From: an uncultured Opitutia bacterium
GTDB taxonomy: Bacteria > Verrucomicrobiota > Verrucomicrobiia > Opitutales > UBA953
DNA length: 56,717 nucleotides
Direction: 5' to 3'
Assembly: GCA_903895475.1 (NCBI GenBank)
Contig: CAITUF010000036.1
Coordinates: 1 to 56,717 of the forward strand
Shown here: in pieces, positions 55,813 to 56,717 of the stretch
Layout: the number at the start of each line of letters is the position of its first letter
Position numbering within the stretch: the first letter of the stretch is position 1
Made by a program: the position numbers and the translations under genes
The notes under the pieces: model-generated
What the model was told of the DNA's origin: nothing
Database searches by the model: none
Seen by the model: only the letters and a program-made list of their open reading frames with translations

Positions 55813-56617
55813 GTTCTTCCTCGAACCGCTGCGTGAACCGTTCTTCCAACGCGCCCTCCTCGCCGTGGTCTTGAGCGGGCTGACGTGCGCGTGCCTCGGC
55901 GCCTACGTGGTGCTCCGCCGGATGGCTTTCCTCAGCACTGCCCTCACCCACTCCATTCTCCCAGGCGTGGTCGGCGCCATCCTGCTGGGTCTCTCTCCCT
56001 ATGTCGGCGCGCTCGCCGCCGCCTTACTGACGGCTGGTGGTATCGCCTGGCTATCGGCGCGCCGCGGCACGAGCGAAGACAGCGCCATCGGCGTGATGCT
56101 GTCCGTCATGTTTGCCGCAGGCATCGCCCTCATGTCGGCCGCGCAGGCTTGGCGCGATTTTACCGGCCTACTCTTCGGCAGCGTGGTCTCCGTGGGCACC
56201 ACCGACCTACTCATCATCGGGCTAACTTCGGCGGGGATTCTCTTTACCCTCCGGGTATTGCATAAAGAACTCGAGCTTGCCTCTTTCGACGAAGAATACG
56301 CCGAGCTCATCGGCGCGCGACCCGCCTGGCTCCGGGCCGTGCTGCTGATCCTCGTCGCCCTCGGCGCCGTCGCCTGCGTGCGGCTCGTCGGTGCCTTACT
56401 AACGACGGCACTGCTCGTCATTCCTTCTGCGACGGGTGTCCTCCTCGGACGCACGTTGCCGCAGGTTATGGGCTGGGGTATCGCGTGCGCTCTCTTCGGC
56501 GGCATCAGCGGACTCTACCTATCTTACCACTTCGCCGGCGTGCCCTCGGGCGCTGGCATCGTGCTGTGCTGTGCGCTCCCTTACCTTGTTGCTCGCCTCC
56601 GCGCACCGCGGCGCTGA
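55805..56617 (+). CDS. metal ABC transporter permease (ZnuB-like, ABC-3 family)
   Basis: 270 aa, about 8 TM helices. Starts MLEFFLEPLREPFFQRALLA, typical of ABC-3 permeases. Overlaps the ATPase stop. Confidence 0.85.
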   Translation: MLEFFLEPLREPFFQRALLAVVLSGLTCACLGAYVVLRRMAFLSTALTHSILPGVVGAILLGLSPYVGALAAALLTAGGIAWLSARRGTSEDSAIGVMLSVMFAAGIALMSAAQAWRDFTGLLFGSVVSVGTTDLLIIGLTSAGILFTLRVLHKELELASFDEEYAELIGARPAWLRAVLLILVALGAVACVRLVGALLTTALLVIPSATGVLLGRTLPQVMGWGIACALFGGISGLYLSYHFAGVPSGAGIVLCCALPYLVARLRAPRR

Positions 56618-56620
56618 CCG

Positions 56621-56716
56621 CTAGACTCGCGGTGGACGTTCCGAAAGCGGCGGGCCCAAGACTTCCTGCGCGATGATGGCCCGTCGCAATGCGGCGGGCG
56701 TAGCAAACTCCTTACG
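56621..56716 (-). CDS. 3' end of an unidentified minus-strand CDS (partial)
   Basis: Minus-strand frame reads ...RKEFATPAALRRAIIAQEVLGPPLSERPPRV-stop (TAG at 56621-56623). Only 31 codons are visible. Confidence 0.25.
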   Translation of the reverse strand, partial: RKEFATPAALRRAIIAQEVLGPPLSERPPRV

Positions 56717-56717
56717 A

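Overview
GC-rich, gene-dense bacterial chromosomal window with about 50 CDS and 2 tRNAs. I saw no rRNA, CRISPR array, transposase or integrase. Most of it is core metabolism and envelope functions: a TolC/MacA/MacB-type efflux operon ending in a secreted esterase; fkpA-like PPIase and carB; folB-folK; ComEC; ribB(X)-ribH-nusB-ftsY-aroB; a phosphohexomutase; a GldA/F/G-type ABC system with DUF4340 and an AsmA-like giant protein; accB-accC-prmB; folE2 flanked by tRNA-Arg(TCT) and tRNA-Thr(CGT); a 5'-3' exonuclease; a secretin/PilMN-type cluster; and a TroA/Znu-type metal ABC importer. The gene content (DUF1080 paralogs, GldG/DUF4340, a pili-like cluster resembling the Akkermansia Amuc_1098-1102 locus) suggests a member of the PVC group (Verrucomicrobiota), but this is inference only. 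Five items deserve follow-up. (1) The nusB ORF carries an N-terminal ribosomal protein S10 (NusE)-like domain with a shortened ribosome-anchoring loop, so it looks like a natural NusE-NusB fusion. (2) A six-gene minus-strand operon encodes four tandem GYF_2/Yip1 membrane paralogs, whose 5' ends look homogenised at the DNA level, followed by DUF2752 and a membrane-anchored DRGH nuclease; it starts only 13 nt after a tRNA gene. (3) An Amuc_1100-type pili-like cluster includes a PilM-PilN fusion and a TPR-extended secretin. (4) Two apparently highly expressed paralogs each look like tandem Skp/OmpH-like modules, and only one has a signal peptide. (5) A RibB-GCHII hybrid has lost the GCHII zinc cysteines (RibBX type). 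All calls rest on reading the ORF translations and the DNA by eye. No database search was run.
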